Below, one piece after another: positions 37,326-47,571 of a stretch of DNA of 64,000 nucleotides (positions are counted from its first letter, which is position 1; the number at the start of each line of letters is the position of its first letter). Made by a program: the position numbers and the translations under genes. The notes beneath the pieces are model-generated. The model saw only the letters and a list, made by a program, of their open reading frames with translations, searched no databases and was not told the DNA's origin. This stretch comes from a virus: the IMG/VR virus record IMGVR_UViG_3300028840_006907, positions 96,001 to 160,000 of that record. The stretch is one strand, 5' to 3'.

Positions 37326-37637
37326 ATGAATTTATATTGTCCAAAATGCAAGGAGCGTCGTGTTGCCCAAGTAGGTGCAGGGGCTTCTATAATGGTAAAT
37401 GGTAAACCTGCTGATTATAGCATTTTAAAAGGAATTATGAGATGCGGTGAGTGTGGTAGCTCATTGGTAGCAGAAGAAGATTTAATAGAATACAATCCTC
37501 ATAAATGTTTACCTGTTGGGTTTTCTTTTTGTGAAGGGTTTTGTCCACAGAAGACAGAAGATGGTAAATGCGGGTTTGATAAGTATGAGTTGTTAAGTTG
37601 TCCTTATGATTTAGGTAATCGTAATTGTAATTGTTAA
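37326..37637 (+). CDS. Cys-rich zinc-binding protein
   Basis: 103 aa with many Cys (CPKCKE, CGECG, CNC). Confidence 0.45.
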   Translation: MNLYCPKCKERRVAQVGAGASIMVNGKPADYSILKGIMRCGECGSSLVAEEDLIEYNPHKCLPVGFSFCEGFCPQKTEDGKCGFDKYELLSCPYDLGNRNCNC

Positions 37638-37644
37638 TAAATAA

Positions 37645-37727
37645 GGCCGGATGTTGGAATTGGTATACAAGGACGGCTCAAACCCGTTCGCCTTTACGGT
37701 ATGGGAGTTCGATTCTCCCTCCGGCTA
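37645..37727 (+). tRNA. tRNA-Leu (anticodon CAA), type II
   Basis: Hand fold: acceptor GGCCGGA/TCCGGCT, loop CTCAAAC, long variable arm. Confidence 0.8.
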
Positions 37728-37741
37728 AATAAAGGATTCTT

Positions 37742-38035
37742 ATGAATAAAAGGTGCTTTTATACGTCAATAGTGCAAAGCCGGTATCATATCAGAGGCAC
37801 TAAGCCACAGGAACCTTATATTCATTATATAGATCCTTATCTTCGGAAGGTATTGAGATATCCTCGGTGGTTAAGATCTGATCTTAAATTTGAAGTACAA
37901 GAGCCCGTTTTATCGAAAAAAGAATATTTAAAAATAAAAATGAAAATTATAGCTAAAATTGCAAAAAAAGCTACAGAGCAAATTCAAGCTGAAGAAGATA
38001 GACGCATTATCAAATTTTTAAAGAAAGTTGCATAA
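37742..38035 (+). CDS. hypothetical protein
   Basis: 97 aa ORF. Confidence 0.4.
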   Translation: MNKRCFYTSIVQSRYHIRGTKPQEPYIHYIDPYLRKVLRYPRWLRSDLKFEVQEPVLSKKEYLKIKMKIIAKIAKKATEQIQAEEDRRIIKFLKKVA

Positions 38036-38376
38036 TGGAAAATAAAGAAATTACTCTTAGGGAAATTGGTGAATTAGCCAATAAACTAGAAGATGAAATC
38101 GGAATAAATCTGGATGCTGTGATGAATAAGTTGACTCAGGAGGTTGGAGAGTTCAATGATGCCATCCAAAAGCACAGAGGTATTCACAGCCGGTCATGGG
38201 TACCTTTGGTTAAAGTGATAGATGAGCTAGGTGATGTCCTTGTGAATTTAATATCGATAGCTTATAGGCTTGAAATTAATCCAGATGCCTTTCCTGGTAT
38301 AGCTGAGAAGACTCTTAATAAGTTCAAAGAGCGTAAGAATGATTACATAGAAAATAAGGGGATTGATAATGTATAG
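38035..38376 (+). CDS. MazG-like nucleoside triphosphate pyrophosphohydrolase
   Basis: 113 aa; EVGEF...DELGDVLVNLISIA all-alpha NTP-PPase-like motifs. Confidence 0.55.
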   Translation: MENKEITLREIGELANKLEDEIGINLDAVMNKLTQEVGEFNDAIQKHRGIHSRSWVPLVKVIDELGDVLVNLISIAYRLEINPDAFPGIAEKTLNKFKERKNDYIENKGIDNV

Positions 38377-38557
38377 TTCGATTCAAACTGATTTAGTGAC
38401 CAGACGTGTCCTTATAAATGATTATGAGGTAAAGGATTATGAGGGAATTGTAAGAGCCGTCTTTCATGATGGTAAATATTTAAAAGCCATAGTGGAAAAA
38501 GAAGGTGGTGAATTAGAACAGTGTAATGTTGTAGAGATGAAAATTATTAGAAAATAA
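38363..38557 (+). CDS. hypothetical protein
   Basis: 64 aa ORF. Confidence 0.4.
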   Translation: MIMYSSIQTDLVTRRVLINDYEVKDYEGIVRAVFHDGKYLKAIVEKEGGELEQCNVVEMKIIRK

Positions 38558-38563
38558 ATATAC

Positions 38564-38642
38564 GCCCTGTTAGCTCAGTTGGATCTAGAGCAAGGCCCTT
38601 CTAAGGCTTAGGTCGGGGGTTCGAGTCCCTCACAGGGTGCCA
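38564..38642 (+). tRNA. tRNA-Arg (anticodon TCT)
   Basis: Hand fold: acceptor GCCCTGT/ACAGGGT, loop CTTCTAA, CCA. Confidence 0.85.
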
Positions 38643-38867
38643 TTTTAATAATGCTCTAATAGCGCATTTTTAATAAATGCGAATGGAGGATTATTATGGA
38701 CGAGAACAAGAAGCATTTAATTGAAATGGCTACACTTAAGTACGGAGAAATTTATCCCACTAGTGAATGTAATTCCCTCTTAGAATGATTTACTGTAGTG
38801 GGAGGTAAGTTGTACCTCTGGTTTAATTTAAAGGATGGGAATACAAGAGTCCTGTCACGGGAGATAA

Positions 38868-39443
38868 ATGATGGGGATAAGGATTGATATTGAACATGTC
38901 CGGAAGATCCAGGAAGAACGGAAAAGAATTAATTCTATACCATTAGAACAAATTGAATGGTACGAAGATGGGATAAAATTGGAAATTCATCCCGATTTAA
39001 TAAGAGAATTTTTATTTACAGGATTAGATAATACTGACTTCATAATAAGTGAAATGTACAAAGATAAAGGTCCTTACAGAGTTTTTAAAGATTCTGAATG
39101 TGGTAGATTATTTGATGAGAAGCAAATTGTCGGGCAGAAAATGTGCTATTTAGGTGATGTTGGTTGTGGCTCAACCGGTATAGGACCTAGACCTATATTT
39201 GTTGATGCTGAAGAGTTTGTGAAAAGAGTAAGTACTTTACGATCAGAAGGTATGACAAAAGAACAGTGTAAAGAGTTTGTCTTTAAGAAACTGGAAAAGA
39301 AAGGGTGTGGTTATAATTTTAGTGGATCCTGGATTGAATGGGATAGTCTTATAGAAGCAGTTTTCGGTAATTTAGAAACTGATAACACGAATCCAGTTGT
39401 CCGGAACGTAATTGAAATAATGAAACGTGATAAGTCCCTGTAG
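38868..39443 (+). CDS. hypothetical protein
   Basis: 191 aa ORF; stop overlaps start of tRNA-Arg. Confidence 0.5.
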   Translation: MMGIRIDIEHVRKIQEERKRINSIPLEQIEWYEDGIKLEIHPDLIREFLFTGLDNTDFIISEMYKDKGPYRVFKDSECGRLFDEKQIVGQKMCYLGDVGCGSTGIGPRPIFVDAEEFVKRVSTLRSEGMTKEQCKEFVFKKLEKKGCGYNFSGSWIEWDSLIEAVFGNLETDNTNPVVRNVIEIMKRDKSL

Positions 39444-39509
39444 TTCAACAGGATAGAACATAGGTTTCCTAAACCTAGTATTGGGGTTCGAGTCCCTACA
39501 GGGATACCA
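39434..39509 (+). tRNA. tRNA-Arg (anticodon CCT)
   Basis: Hand fold: acceptor GTCCCTG/CAGGGAT, loop TTCCTAA, CCA. Confidence 0.8.
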
Positions 39510-39640
39510 TAAATTCATAATAGAAAGGAACATCAGAGTGCAGAAAAACATGTTGAAGGTGTTTAGCATTTTGCCCCATTATTACATACAATATGACACT
39601 CGAAATGTATAATTAAAAATGAGAGGAGGATGATGTAGCT

Positions 39641-40192
39641 ATGAACAACTATAAGACATTAGTATTAGCAGGTGGAGTACCTATTGACGTGGAAAGCTGG
39701 CAAAAATCATTAACAAAATGTATATCGGGAAAGGCCATAGCAATCAAGAATAGGAAAGAAATTGCCTTTGAGACTAATGGAGTAGTTACATACATACCTT
39801 CGATCATTGTAATCTTAAATACCTATTTTATGGGTAGATTAAGGTTTGTAAATACGGTTCCTCTTAATAGGCGTAATTTGTGGCTTAGGGATAAAGGTCA
39901 TTGTATGTATTGTAATAGTAAAATAACGACAGAAGAAGTGACTTTTGATCATGTCATTCCTCAAAGTAAAGGCGGTAAAACAACTTGGACGAACGTTGTC
40001 TGCTCGTGTTCTATTTGTAATAATAAAAAAGACAATAGAACTCCAAAACAGGCTAGGATGACTTTGGTAAAAGCACCAACGGTTCCTAAACTTAGTAAAA
40101 AGGTTGTCCAAAGAATGATAAAAAAGTTGGGAACTATTTCTATTAATGAGGATTCTTGGAAAGGTTATTGGGACGTGACTTTATTGTCGTAA
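39641..40192 (+). CDS. HNH endonuclease
   Basis: 183 aa; CMYCNSKIT...FDHVIPQSKGG...CSCSICNNKK. Confidence 0.7.
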   Translation: MNNYKTLVLAGGVPIDVESWQKSLTKCISGKAIAIKNRKEIAFETNGVVTYIPSIIVILNTYFMGRLRFVNTVPLNRRNLWLRDKGHCMYCNSKITTEEVTFDHVIPQSKGGKTTWTNVVCSCSICNNKKDNRTPKQARMTLVKAPTVPKLSKKVVQRMIKKLGTISINEDSWKGYWDVTLLS

Positions 40193-40253
40193 GAAAAAGG
40201 GAGTATTTTTACTCCCTTTTTTTATATTTAAAATTATAAAAGGAGAAAAAATT

Positions 40254-40514
40254 TTGAAAGCTGTATGCACATGGGGTGATGGACCCGATGTAATCTTATG
40301 TTTAGATGGAACACCTTTGGTTTTACTCGAAAATCCTGATTTAAATAATGGCCAATCAGTTCATGGTGTTGTAACTAAAGGTGATGTAGATTTAACTGCT
40401 GATCAGGCTTATAAATTGGGTTTTCAATTAATAAATGCCGCTCAACAGGCCAAAAAATTGTATGAAGGGATTAGGGGACAGGATGAGAAAAGAAATTCAG
40501 GAAATGATAGATAA
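40254..40514 (+). CDS. hypothetical protein
   Basis: 86 aa ORF. Confidence 0.35.
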   Translation: MKAVCTWGDGPDVILCLDGTPLVLLENPDLNNGQSVHGVVTKGDVDLTADQAYKLGFQLINAAQQAKKLYEGIRGQDEKRNSGNDR

Positions 40515-40662
40515 AATTGATCGTGGTGAACACATGCCTTATAAAGTTATTAAAGGGCGGGTGCCTATAACAAACGGTGAAGAAGACTGGGACCAAGCAG
40601 AATTTACATCAACCGAGGAGAGGGTATTATGTCCAGAGACAGCGAATGCGAAGAATCATTAA
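40435..40662 (+). CDS. hypothetical protein (start likely internal)
   Basis: 75 aa ORF overlapping neighbours. Confidence 0.3.
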   Translation: MPLNRPKNCMKGLGDRMRKEIQEMIDKIDRGEHMPYKVIKGRVPITNGEEDWDQAEFTSTEERVLCPETANAKNH

Positions 40663-40841
40663 GGTACCATACCTGCCAGGGACCTCTGCATAAAGTTATA
40701 GATAATGGTGAATCCAGAGTTATTTGTATGGGTGCTATAAAAACTTTAATATTAAAAGGCCATGAAATAGATATAGAGGAAAATGTTCCCAGGAAGTTTA
40801 AGAAGGAGTTGTCCAGTATTGTTATAATCGATAATTCATAA
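40629..40841 (+). CDS. hypothetical protein
   Basis: 70 aa ORF. Confidence 0.3.
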   Translation: MSRDSECEESLRYHTCQGPLHKVIDNGESRVICMGAIKTLILKGHEIDIEENVPRKFKKELSSIVIIDNS

Positions 40842-40868
40842 TAATTCATTAATATCGATTTAAATAGT

Positions 40869-41246
40869 ATGGCAAAGAAAAAAATATTCGAAATCGATAA
40901 AGACAGTATTGTTAAAGCAACTAAAGAGGGTTATCTATATTGTTGTACTATACCACCTCATGGAGAAATCCGTGGGGATAGAAATAAGCGTTATATTTAT
41001 TACCATAGAGCTTTAATGGAACAAAAATTAGGTCGTTTTCTTAAATCTTGGGAAGAGGTTGACCATAAAAATGGGGATAAAACTGATAACCGCCTATCAA
41101 ATCTTGTTTTAAAGGTACATGGAGAGCATCAACGTGATCATGCCAATAATGGTAATAGCTTCTGGAAAAAGAGTCCTCTGAATAAACCTGGTGCGAAACG
41201 AAAGGCTCATAGAGTAATAGCTAAGTTTTTGGGAGAAATGTGTTAA
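40869..41246 (+). CDS. HNH homing endonuclease
   Basis: 125 aa; VDHKNGDKTDNRLSNL HNH_3-like motif. Confidence 0.7.
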   Translation: MAKKKIFEIDKDSIVKATKEGYLYCCTIPPHGEIRGDRNKRYIYYHRALMEQKLGRFLKSWEEVDHKNGDKTDNRLSNLVLKVHGEHQRDHANNGNSFWKKSPLNKPGAKRKAHRVIAKFLGEMC

Positions 41247-41478
41247 AGAATACTTTTTCGGCTTCTTGTGGAGTATACTTTTTAAATAAGAGTGATATCT
41301 TTTTTCCTTCAATATCTAAAATTCTTTCTACATAAGGTTGCCCTATTTCAGGTATAAATTTATTTGCAAATTTATTATTTTTCTGTATTTTCAATGAATG
41401 GTGATATCTTAATTTTGAAGGAATATCTTTTATTCTTTTTTTAGGTTTTTTCTCTAAAATTATCTCATATCTACCCAT
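41221..41478 (-). CDS. MxRY-family small protein (paralog 6, dispersed copy)
   Basis: 85 aa; N-terminus MGRYEIILEKKPKK. Confidence 0.5.
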   Translation of the reverse strand: MGRYEIILEKKPKKRIKDIPSKLRYHHSLKIQKNNKFANKFIPEIGQPYVERILDIEGKKISLLFKKYTPQEAEKVFFNTFLPKT

Positions 41479-41481
41479 GAT

Positions 41482-41985
41482 TTAAAAAGTTTTCCATGAA
41501 GTCCCTTCTGAATTACCTGCTCCGGGTCCAGCAGTAAAACCGCAGGTCTTACAAGTAGGGTACTGCCAGCATGTGGTACCATTTCCTTCATAAGTCCGAC
41601 AACAACGACAGTTTGTATATGTATATTTTATATCAATTCCCCCACATTTGGGGCATGGGTCTTGTCCGTTTCTTAGAATACCTTTTTCATCAAATAACTT
41701 TTTCAGTCGTCTTTTTTCTTTGTATAGGTTCTCAATCTTTTTATCTATTTTTTCAATCATTTTAGTAAAGATAGGATTAGCCTTGTTCCAAGCAATTCGG
41801 ATTGATTCATATTCTGCTCCTAAAGCACAAATACTTACCTTTACTGTATTATTACATTTTTTATTTGAGCACCGGGCCTCACCGGGATTAAAGGTTGTAT
41901 AACCGCAATGCCCAGCCAAGATTCCTTTGGTACCACATTTTAAACAGGGGTTAACCTTTTTATTAATAGGAGTTTTTAGTTCCAT
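41482..41985 (-). CDS. Lar-like restriction alleviation protein with extra C-terminal zinc ribbon
   Basis: 167 aa; PCLKCG...C..C...IRIAWNKANP resembles Lar family; second CPKCGG...CKTCG. Confidence 0.5.
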   Translation of the reverse strand: MELKTPINKKVNPCLKCGTKGILAGHCGYTTFNPGEARCSNKKCNNTVKVSICALGAEYESIRIAWNKANPIFTKMIEKIDKKIENLYKEKRRLKKLFDEKGILRNGQDPCPKCGGIDIKYTYTNCRCCRTYEGNGTTCWQYPTCKTCGFTAGPGAGNSEGTSWKTF

Positions 41986-42164
41986 TTAAGTCTCTTTCTG
42001 TTTAAAGCAATCACGCCAATTATCACCGAAATGTTCTTGTGCAAATTTAATTGTAATAACTCTGACTGAATTACAATTATCACAAGGTCTATCCATACTA
42101 TCCTGCTCATGACCACATTCTGAACATACATAATTCATTTTATTGCCTCCCTCAGGTTTATATA

Positions 42165-42566
42165 TTATCTACAAGCTCCTGCACAACTCTTACCACAGTG
42201 CTTCCAAAATTCATCCCATTTCTTTTTACTGGCATTTTTCTTAGGTAACCGGGCAATGGGGCCTATCCATCTTACATCATCTGACCCACATTTACACATA
42301 CGTACTACACCAGAACGTTTAAGTACAAAATAATCAGGCCATACATAAATTTTATGGCATTCGTAACATATTACTTTATAGGAAGCTCGGGTAGTTTCTG
42401 TCCTTTCACAATAAACTTCCCCTTTCCTAGGTTTATTTTTTCGTAAAGGTTTAAGGGGTGTTTGTTTATATACCTTTGCTCTTATAGTTTTAAGAAATTT
42501 CTGGAATATCCTTTGTCTTTCCTCACCATTAATAGCATCTCTTAATTCTTGGCCTAACGTTTTCAT
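42165..42566 (-). CDS. zinc-ribbon protein
   Basis: 133 aa; CYECH, CKCGS, CGKSCAGAC. Confidence 0.4.
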   Translation of the reverse strand: MKTLGQELRDAINGEERQRIFQKFLKTIRAKVYKQTPLKPLRKNKPRKGEVYCERTETTRASYKVICYECHKIYVWPDYFVLKRSGVVRMCKCGSDDVRWIGPIARLPKKNASKKKWDEFWKHCGKSCAGACR

Positions 42567-42612
42567 GTAAATATTCCTCTTAAAATTGTGCCTTGAAAAC
42601 TTGCACCGTTTT

Positions 42613-42915
42613 TTAAATATTTTGATTTATGATTTTGCCTTTATATTCCTTAAGCATCTCATCCATATTGGTGATCCGAATTTTTTTATTGAACTGCTTT
42701 GCCATTCCCCTGGGACTTTTTAAAATTAGTCCAGTATCATCTAATTCGAAATATTCCCATTCCCGACGTTGATATCCAAGAGATTTAACAATACGCATAC
42801 CGTAACCTCCCCCTTCATTTTTATGTACTGCATTAGATTGACAGCCCATAACATTGTAACTGGCTAAATATTTTAGGAGGGGAAATTCCTCATATTTGAT
42901 TTCTTTGACTTTCAT
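42613..42915 (-). CDS. hypothetical protein
   Basis: 100 aa ORF. Confidence 0.4.
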   Translation of the reverse strand: MKVKEIKYEEFPLLKYLASYNVMGCQSNAVHKNEGGGYGMRIVKSLGYQRREWEYFELDDTGLILKSPRGMAKQFNKKIRITNMDEMLKEYKGKIINQNI

Positions 42916-43277
42916 TTTTTACTGTAACCTTTTTTACGTTTATATTCTACTCTTGTTAACCATCCACTAAAAGAAATTAATGCTCTTCTTTTTAATCTGG
43001 GCTTTGAATAAAAGCGTGATTTATAGTGCTTCCTTTGAAATGATAACTTTCTTCTGAGTTTGATTAATTCAGGATCAATCGGTTTTAAATGATACTCTTC
43101 TTGTTTTTCAGGTTCAGGCTCTCCCGTAAAAGTACCCATGGCAACTGGAGTCCTACCTACAAAAACAATAGTACAAGTCCATGTGCAATTAGCACAACAA
43201 GTAGAAGTTAATCCCCATCCTTGAGGGCATTGATTATAATAAGTTCCTCCAGTGCCTGTGCAAGAGATATCTATCAT
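42912..43277 (-). CDS. Cys-rich hypothetical protein
   Basis: 121 aa; CPQGWGLTSTCCANCTWTC. Confidence 0.4.
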   Translation of the reverse strand: MIDISCTGTGGTYYNQCPQGWGLTSTCCANCTWTCTIVFVGRTPVAMGTFTGEPEPEKQEEYHLKPIDPELIKLRRKLSFQRKHYKSRFYSKPRLKRRALISFSGWLTRVEYKRKKGYSKK

Positions 43278-44089
43278 TTGTCAGGTATCTCCTGGAATTT
43301 GTTACTGTATTTCCATTTAAATCCACCACCTGTTCTATTTGTAAAAAATTTTTTTCCAGACGGATCATTTCTATTCCTATCTTTTCGGTTCCTGGCTACT
43401 GCTGTTATTTTAGACTTATCTACACCTGTTACAAAAGAAGCTTCTTTAATACTGCTGTATGTGCATATTAAGTTTACTCCCTTTTTATCCCATTGTTCTA
43501 CAGGTCTTTCAAATTTTTTGCACCATTGTTCTTTGGTTATTATTTCAAGGTTGTCTAATGCATATGGTTTATTTGTATCAATTCGGGTTATATATGGTGT
43601 TAAACCTTTATTTTGTTTATCTTGTACCCATATCCGAAACATTTTGAAAAATTTATATTGATCGGAGATCCATCCTAAAAACTCATCGAATGAATAAGAA
43701 AGATCTTCTCCTTTTTTTCTTGAAAGTGCCTTATGACGATTGTAAACTTTATTTAGAAAATCATTAACATAATTGAGCCTTTTTTTCTTCCAAATTTTAT
43801 GACAGTCTTTGCATATGTTGAAATTTTTACGAGCTTTATTTTTATCAGTTAATTCAACTCTACATTTACAACATACTTTTTGGTTATCATGTTCATAATT
43901 TTCTGCATATTTCCAGATGTAACCTCCACAACTTTTAGATTTACCAACAACACAATTATTTATAGTTTGTCGATGTAATTTATTCTTTCTTGCAGCCATG
44001 GATATTGAAGGGTAAGTCTTTATGGCTCTACCGGTTTCCATTGAATATTTTGTAACTGCTCTCCATCGAGTCTTTGGTATATTAATCAT
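43274..44089 (-). CDS. homing-endonuclease-like DNA-binding protein (NUMOD/HTH-like modules)
   Basis: 271 aa; repeated SI..AAR.. and YSSIKEASFVTGV segments like homing-endonuclease DNA-binding modules; no clear catalytic motif seen. Confidence 0.4.
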   Translation of the reverse strand: MINIPKTRWRAVTKYSMETGRAIKTYPSISMAARKNKLHRQTINNCVVGKSKSCGGYIWKYAENYEHDNQKVCCKCRVELTDKNKARKNFNICKDCHKIWKKKRLNYVNDFLNKVYNRHKALSRKKGEDLSYSFDEFLGWISDQYKFFKMFRIWVQDKQNKGLTPYITRIDTNKPYALDNLEIITKEQWCKKFERPVEQWDKKGVNLICTYSSIKEASFVTGVDKSKITAVARNRKDRNRNDPSGKKFFTNRTGGGFKWKYSNKFQEIPDK

Positions 44090-45297
44090 GGTTTTTTACA
44101 GAAATGATAAAGTTTACGTTTTTCTGGAAAAGATTTACCTATCCGGGATTCTCCTAATAACTTATAATAATTAAATCCGACATCTCTGAAAATAGTTACA
44201 ACATCTCCGTCCGAGTCATGAGGCTCAAGAAATACATGTCGAAAAAGTGATAAATATTTAAGTAGTCTCTTTTTCTTTTTAATCCATCGTAAAAAACTGA
44301 AACAAAAAACTACGTCATAATCATATCCAAGGATGTTTTCATATTCTGAATTATCAAGATCTATTTGAATAATTCTCATCTTATCAGTAGGAATTCGAAA
44401 AGCATTTTTTACTATCTGTGTAGCTTGTAGATGAACCGAATTAAAATCAATTGCAGTAGCTGAATCTATCCCACAATATTTGAAGAGATAGGCAGGGACA
44501 AGTCCCATACAGGTACCTAGATCAAGTACTTTGAGCCCTTCCCAGCAAATTTCATTTTTAAATTTAGTCCATCTTAAATTCCAATTTCTTTCCCCTTCAT
44601 AATACTTCCCATTTATGGTAACGTTATAATAGGGTTTAAAATTCATACCACCCGTGGAATAAGACCAGGCTTTTTCTATAAGAGGAATATCGATTCCAGA
44701 ACGTTCGATAGTAATTGTTTCATTATATAAATTCTTTAGAAATTCATAATAGTCAACTGGGATGCATTGTAAGTGGTATAAAGGGATCTTTATAAAATCT
44801 CTGATATTTGCTATTGATTCAAGATCGATTATACCGTATTCATATCCATTATCAGTTACATTTGATTGGACTAAGTCATAAAAGAAGAACCCAGTTTTTC
44901 GGGCATTTTCGGTTAAAGTTTTAAAGAATCGTTTATACTTGTCGTTCTGTTTATTTACATTTTCAAAAGTACTAAATTCATGCTTATTTTTATACCGTTG
45001 AATATCCCCGTATAGTTTACCATCTATTTCCTTCATGGGACAAGAGACATATCCCATGCTGTACCCTATACAAGAGCCGTTATCAGAAAGAATAACTTCT
45101 TTGATGTCAGCAAGACCATTATAAAATCCTGCATTTACAGCTTGTAGAAATAGACTTCCTATATGTCGTTCCCAAAGGACATAGTCTTCTTTCCAAAGTT
45201 TGTAATATGTTTTATTTAAAGGGTCGTAAAATAATCTGTTTTCTTTTACAATTTCTAGTGCACAGAAGTCAATAGTATCTATATATGTAAATTTCAT
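44086..45297 (-). CDS. SAM-dependent methyltransferase-like protein
   Basis: 403 aa; motif I VLDLGTCMG, DYDVVFCFSFL. Confidence 0.5.
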   Translation of the reverse strand: MKFTYIDTIDFCALEIVKENRLFYDPLNKTYYKLWKEDYVLWERHIGSLFLQAVNAGFYNGLADIKEVILSDNGSCIGYSMGYVSCPMKEIDGKLYGDIQRYKNKHEFSTFENVNKQNDKYKRFFKTLTENARKTGFFFYDLVQSNVTDNGYEYGIIDLESIANIRDFIKIPLYHLQCIPVDYYEFLKNLYNETITIERSGIDIPLIEKAWSYSTGGMNFKPYYNVTINGKYYEGERNWNLRWTKFKNEICWEGLKVLDLGTCMGLVPAYLFKYCGIDSATAIDFNSVHLQATQIVKNAFRIPTDKMRIIQIDLDNSEYENILGYDYDVVFCFSFLRWIKKKKRLLKYLSLFRHVFLEPHDSDGDVVTIFRDVGFNYYKLLGESRIGKSFPEKRKLYHFCKKP

Positions 45298-45306
45298 TAA
45301 TTCTCC

Positions 45307-45804
45307 TTAATCTGATATAAGAATAAATTCACTTTCATGAACATTAAATTTGTCAGGATCCCATGTTGATACGATAATTTGGATTAATTCATTGGCTTTG
45401 TTTTTTGTCGCATCAATTCCTTGAAGACCGCATTTTACATTATTTTTAATATTACTAGCACCTGAAATTGTGACCATATCATCATTTTTGGAAATTGTAT
45501 TTAAGATACGGCCCATTGTATCCATGGAAAGAAGTTGTACATCTTTAAAGATAAAACGAAATAGAGAATATTTTTTTTCTTCGTAATGTCTTTTCTGTAT
45601 ATCAGGCCAACAAATATTATGGAATTTTTTAATTTCTTTTTTAATACTGTTTATGTCTTCAATCACTTCTTTCCATTCATTAGAGATGGTATAATTAGGG
45701 ATAGAAATTTCATGAGCCGTTTCAATTCCGGCTTCAATTAGTAAAGTCGTTCTTAATATTCTTGTTTTCTGATAATATTCGAGATAATTTTTTATTTGAC
45801 CCAT
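45307..45804 (-). CDS. hypothetical protein
   Basis: 165 aa ORF. Confidence 0.45.
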   Translation of the reverse strand: MGQIKNYLEYYQKTRILRTTLLIEAGIETAHEISIPNYTISNEWKEVIEDINSIKKEIKKFHNICWPDIQKRHYEEKKYSLFRFIFKDVQLLSMDTMGRILNTISKNDDMVTISGASNIKNNVKCGLQGIDATKNKANELIQIIVSTWDPDKFNVHESEFILISD

Positions 45805-46084
45805 TTTTTATTTCCTCTTCTTTTTTCTTAATATCAAATGAAATCATCCCTATTATATAAATTATAAAAGTTGCAGTAAAAATTATAATAGGAGGTAAGA
45901 TTTTAAACCCTAACCATAGGATAATACTGACAACATAAATAATAATAATAATAATCCATGTAATAATGAATCTGTTAGGTGGCTCATAAAAACATTTCAA
46001 TTCTTCATAAGTACTATTTTTCATATGGTAATTTTTTCTCCCACTGCTTTCCACAAATTTTACATTCCATAGTGACTTTACCAT
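45734..46084 (-). CDS. small membrane protein
   Basis: 116 aa; two hydrophobic helices. Confidence 0.35.
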   Translation of the reverse strand: MVKSLWNVKFVESSGRKNYHMKNSTYEELKCFYEPPNRFIITWIIIIIIYVVSIILWLGFKILPPIIIFTATFIIYIIGMISFDIKKKEEEIKNGSNKKLSRILSENKNIKNDFTN

Positions 46085-46382
46085 CTCTTTTGCTATTCGG
46101 GATTTCTCTACTTTCAGTATGTATCCAACGTATATCTTCAGAATCCCTGTCTTGTGTATAAGGGTAATCAGGTGTACATTTTTCTATAGTCTTTTTTAAC
46201 TTTTTCAGTCTTTCTCTAATTTTTTCTTGCCTCTTTCCGAATTCTGGGTCACATTTTTCCATGTGCTCACTCCAGTGGCCCCGTTTTATTCTTTTATGGC
46301 ATATTTGACAAGTAAAACAACATGCAATAGTGTGTTTGATGCTTTTATTGTCATGGCATTTACAGTGGCATTCTTCAGTCAA
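46014..46382 (-). CDS. Cys/His-rich zinc-binding protein
   Basis: 122 aa; CHCKCH, CCFTCQICH. Confidence 0.4.
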   Translation of the reverse strand: MTEECHCKCHDNKSIKHTIACCFTCQICHKRIKRGHWSEHMEKCDPEFGKRQEKIRERLKKLKKTIEKCTPDYPYTQDRDSEDIRWIHTESREIPNSKRDGKVTMECKICGKQWEKKLPYEK

Positions 46383-46401
46383 TTTTATATCTCCCCTTTA
46401 A

Positions 46402-47571
46402 TTATCCAAAATTAGACTTTCGGGTCAGAGGTATCTTTTTTGCAGTATCCGCAAATAGTTTTAACCCTTTCCATGAATCAATGTGGTAGGAAGTAATATA
46501 AGGTGCCTTAGGAGGTGGGCAACCACAATGCCCGTTAACTCTAACTGATCTTTTACCCTCTTTATTGGCATACATCTCCTTAGCATCTTTTAAAGGCATA
46601 TTCCCATCGACCATCCAGTAAGTCCATGCTCTTTCAAAGGTGAAACCCGGGAGTTCTCCAGAGATAGAGAAAGGAACTTCTCCGTCACCTTTTTTAGATA
46701 CAATATCAATACCGGCTAGATCAAGTTCAAGTCTGATGTAATGATCACAAGCTACCTCTCCAGCAAGATTCCCCATTGTATAACTTTCTCCATTATTGGC
46801 TAGATGCGTTTCGCATTTCTTTTTGATTTTTTTCTGATAACATTCTTCGTGGAAATATTTCCATTTTTCATAAAGAACTTCATCATTTTCTTCAATGACA
46901 TAATTTTCATCTATATTTTTTCTGCCATTTTTGTTTTTCTCATAACCATATTCTTTATCAATAGTCAGGTCAATGAGCCCCCTATTGAAAATAGTATGAT
47001 GAAATATATAGACAGTATTTTTGTCTGTGTTTCGAAGCTCTTTTTCAATTTCTGTTAAAGTTTTCCCGACGTATTTGGAGTTTATCTCAAATTGGTTAGA
47101 GTACCGTAATCTTTTGGTTTTATGGCAATACTCTACTTCCCATCCTTTATTACAGTGGGAACATTTTACATAAGCGGGAGGTAAATCATTGCCCATTGAG
47201 AATGAGATACTTATAGGATACGGCCTTTTGTTTTTTGCCCAATCAAAATCTTCTGCATCCATCTCTTCTCGGGTTAATATATTAGGGATATTTTCTTTAC
47301 TCCATCTTTCAATAAAATCCCAAAATTCTGTCTTTGTAAAAACTTTTCCTACAGGAAAATTGAAAATTTTCTCTACCGGAATAAAACCTGTCGCAGTACC
47401 TAAATTACCACACGTATCGAGATAATATCGACCTAAGACATAATATTCGTATAGTCTTTCATCACGTTTGTAACCTGCTTCGTGTCTTTCATTGATCATT
47501 TCCCAAAATGTGTTGTAAGATTTAAGTGACTTTTCGATTCCTTTAATTGTGTTATAGTCTTGTTTTTTCAT
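46402..47571 (-). CDS. hypothetical protein
   Basis: 389 aa ORF, no motif recognised. Confidence 0.5.
   Translation of the reverse strand: MKKQDYNTIKGIEKSLKSYNTFWEMINERHEAGYKRDERLYEYYVLGRYYLDTCGNLGTATGFIPVEKIFNFPVGKVFTKTEFWDFIERWSKENIPNILTREEMDAEDFDWAKNKRPYPISISFSMGNDLPPAYVKCSHCNKGWEVEYCHKTKRLRYSNQFEINSKYVGKTLTEIEKELRNTDKNTVYIFHHTIFNRGLIDLTIDKEYGYEKNKNGRKNIDENYVIEENDEVLYEKWKYFHEECYQKKIKKKCETHLANNGESYTMGNLAGEVACDHYIRLELDLAGIDIVSKKGDGEVPFSISGELPGFTFERAWTYWMVDGNMPLKDAKEMYANKEGKRSVRVNGHCGCPPPKAPYITSYHIDSWKGLKLFADTAKKIPLTRKSNFG

Noticed and set aside
39372-39569. Minus-strand ORF 65 aa
   Set aside because: Antisense to tRNA-Arg(CCT) and the end of gene 38868-39443.
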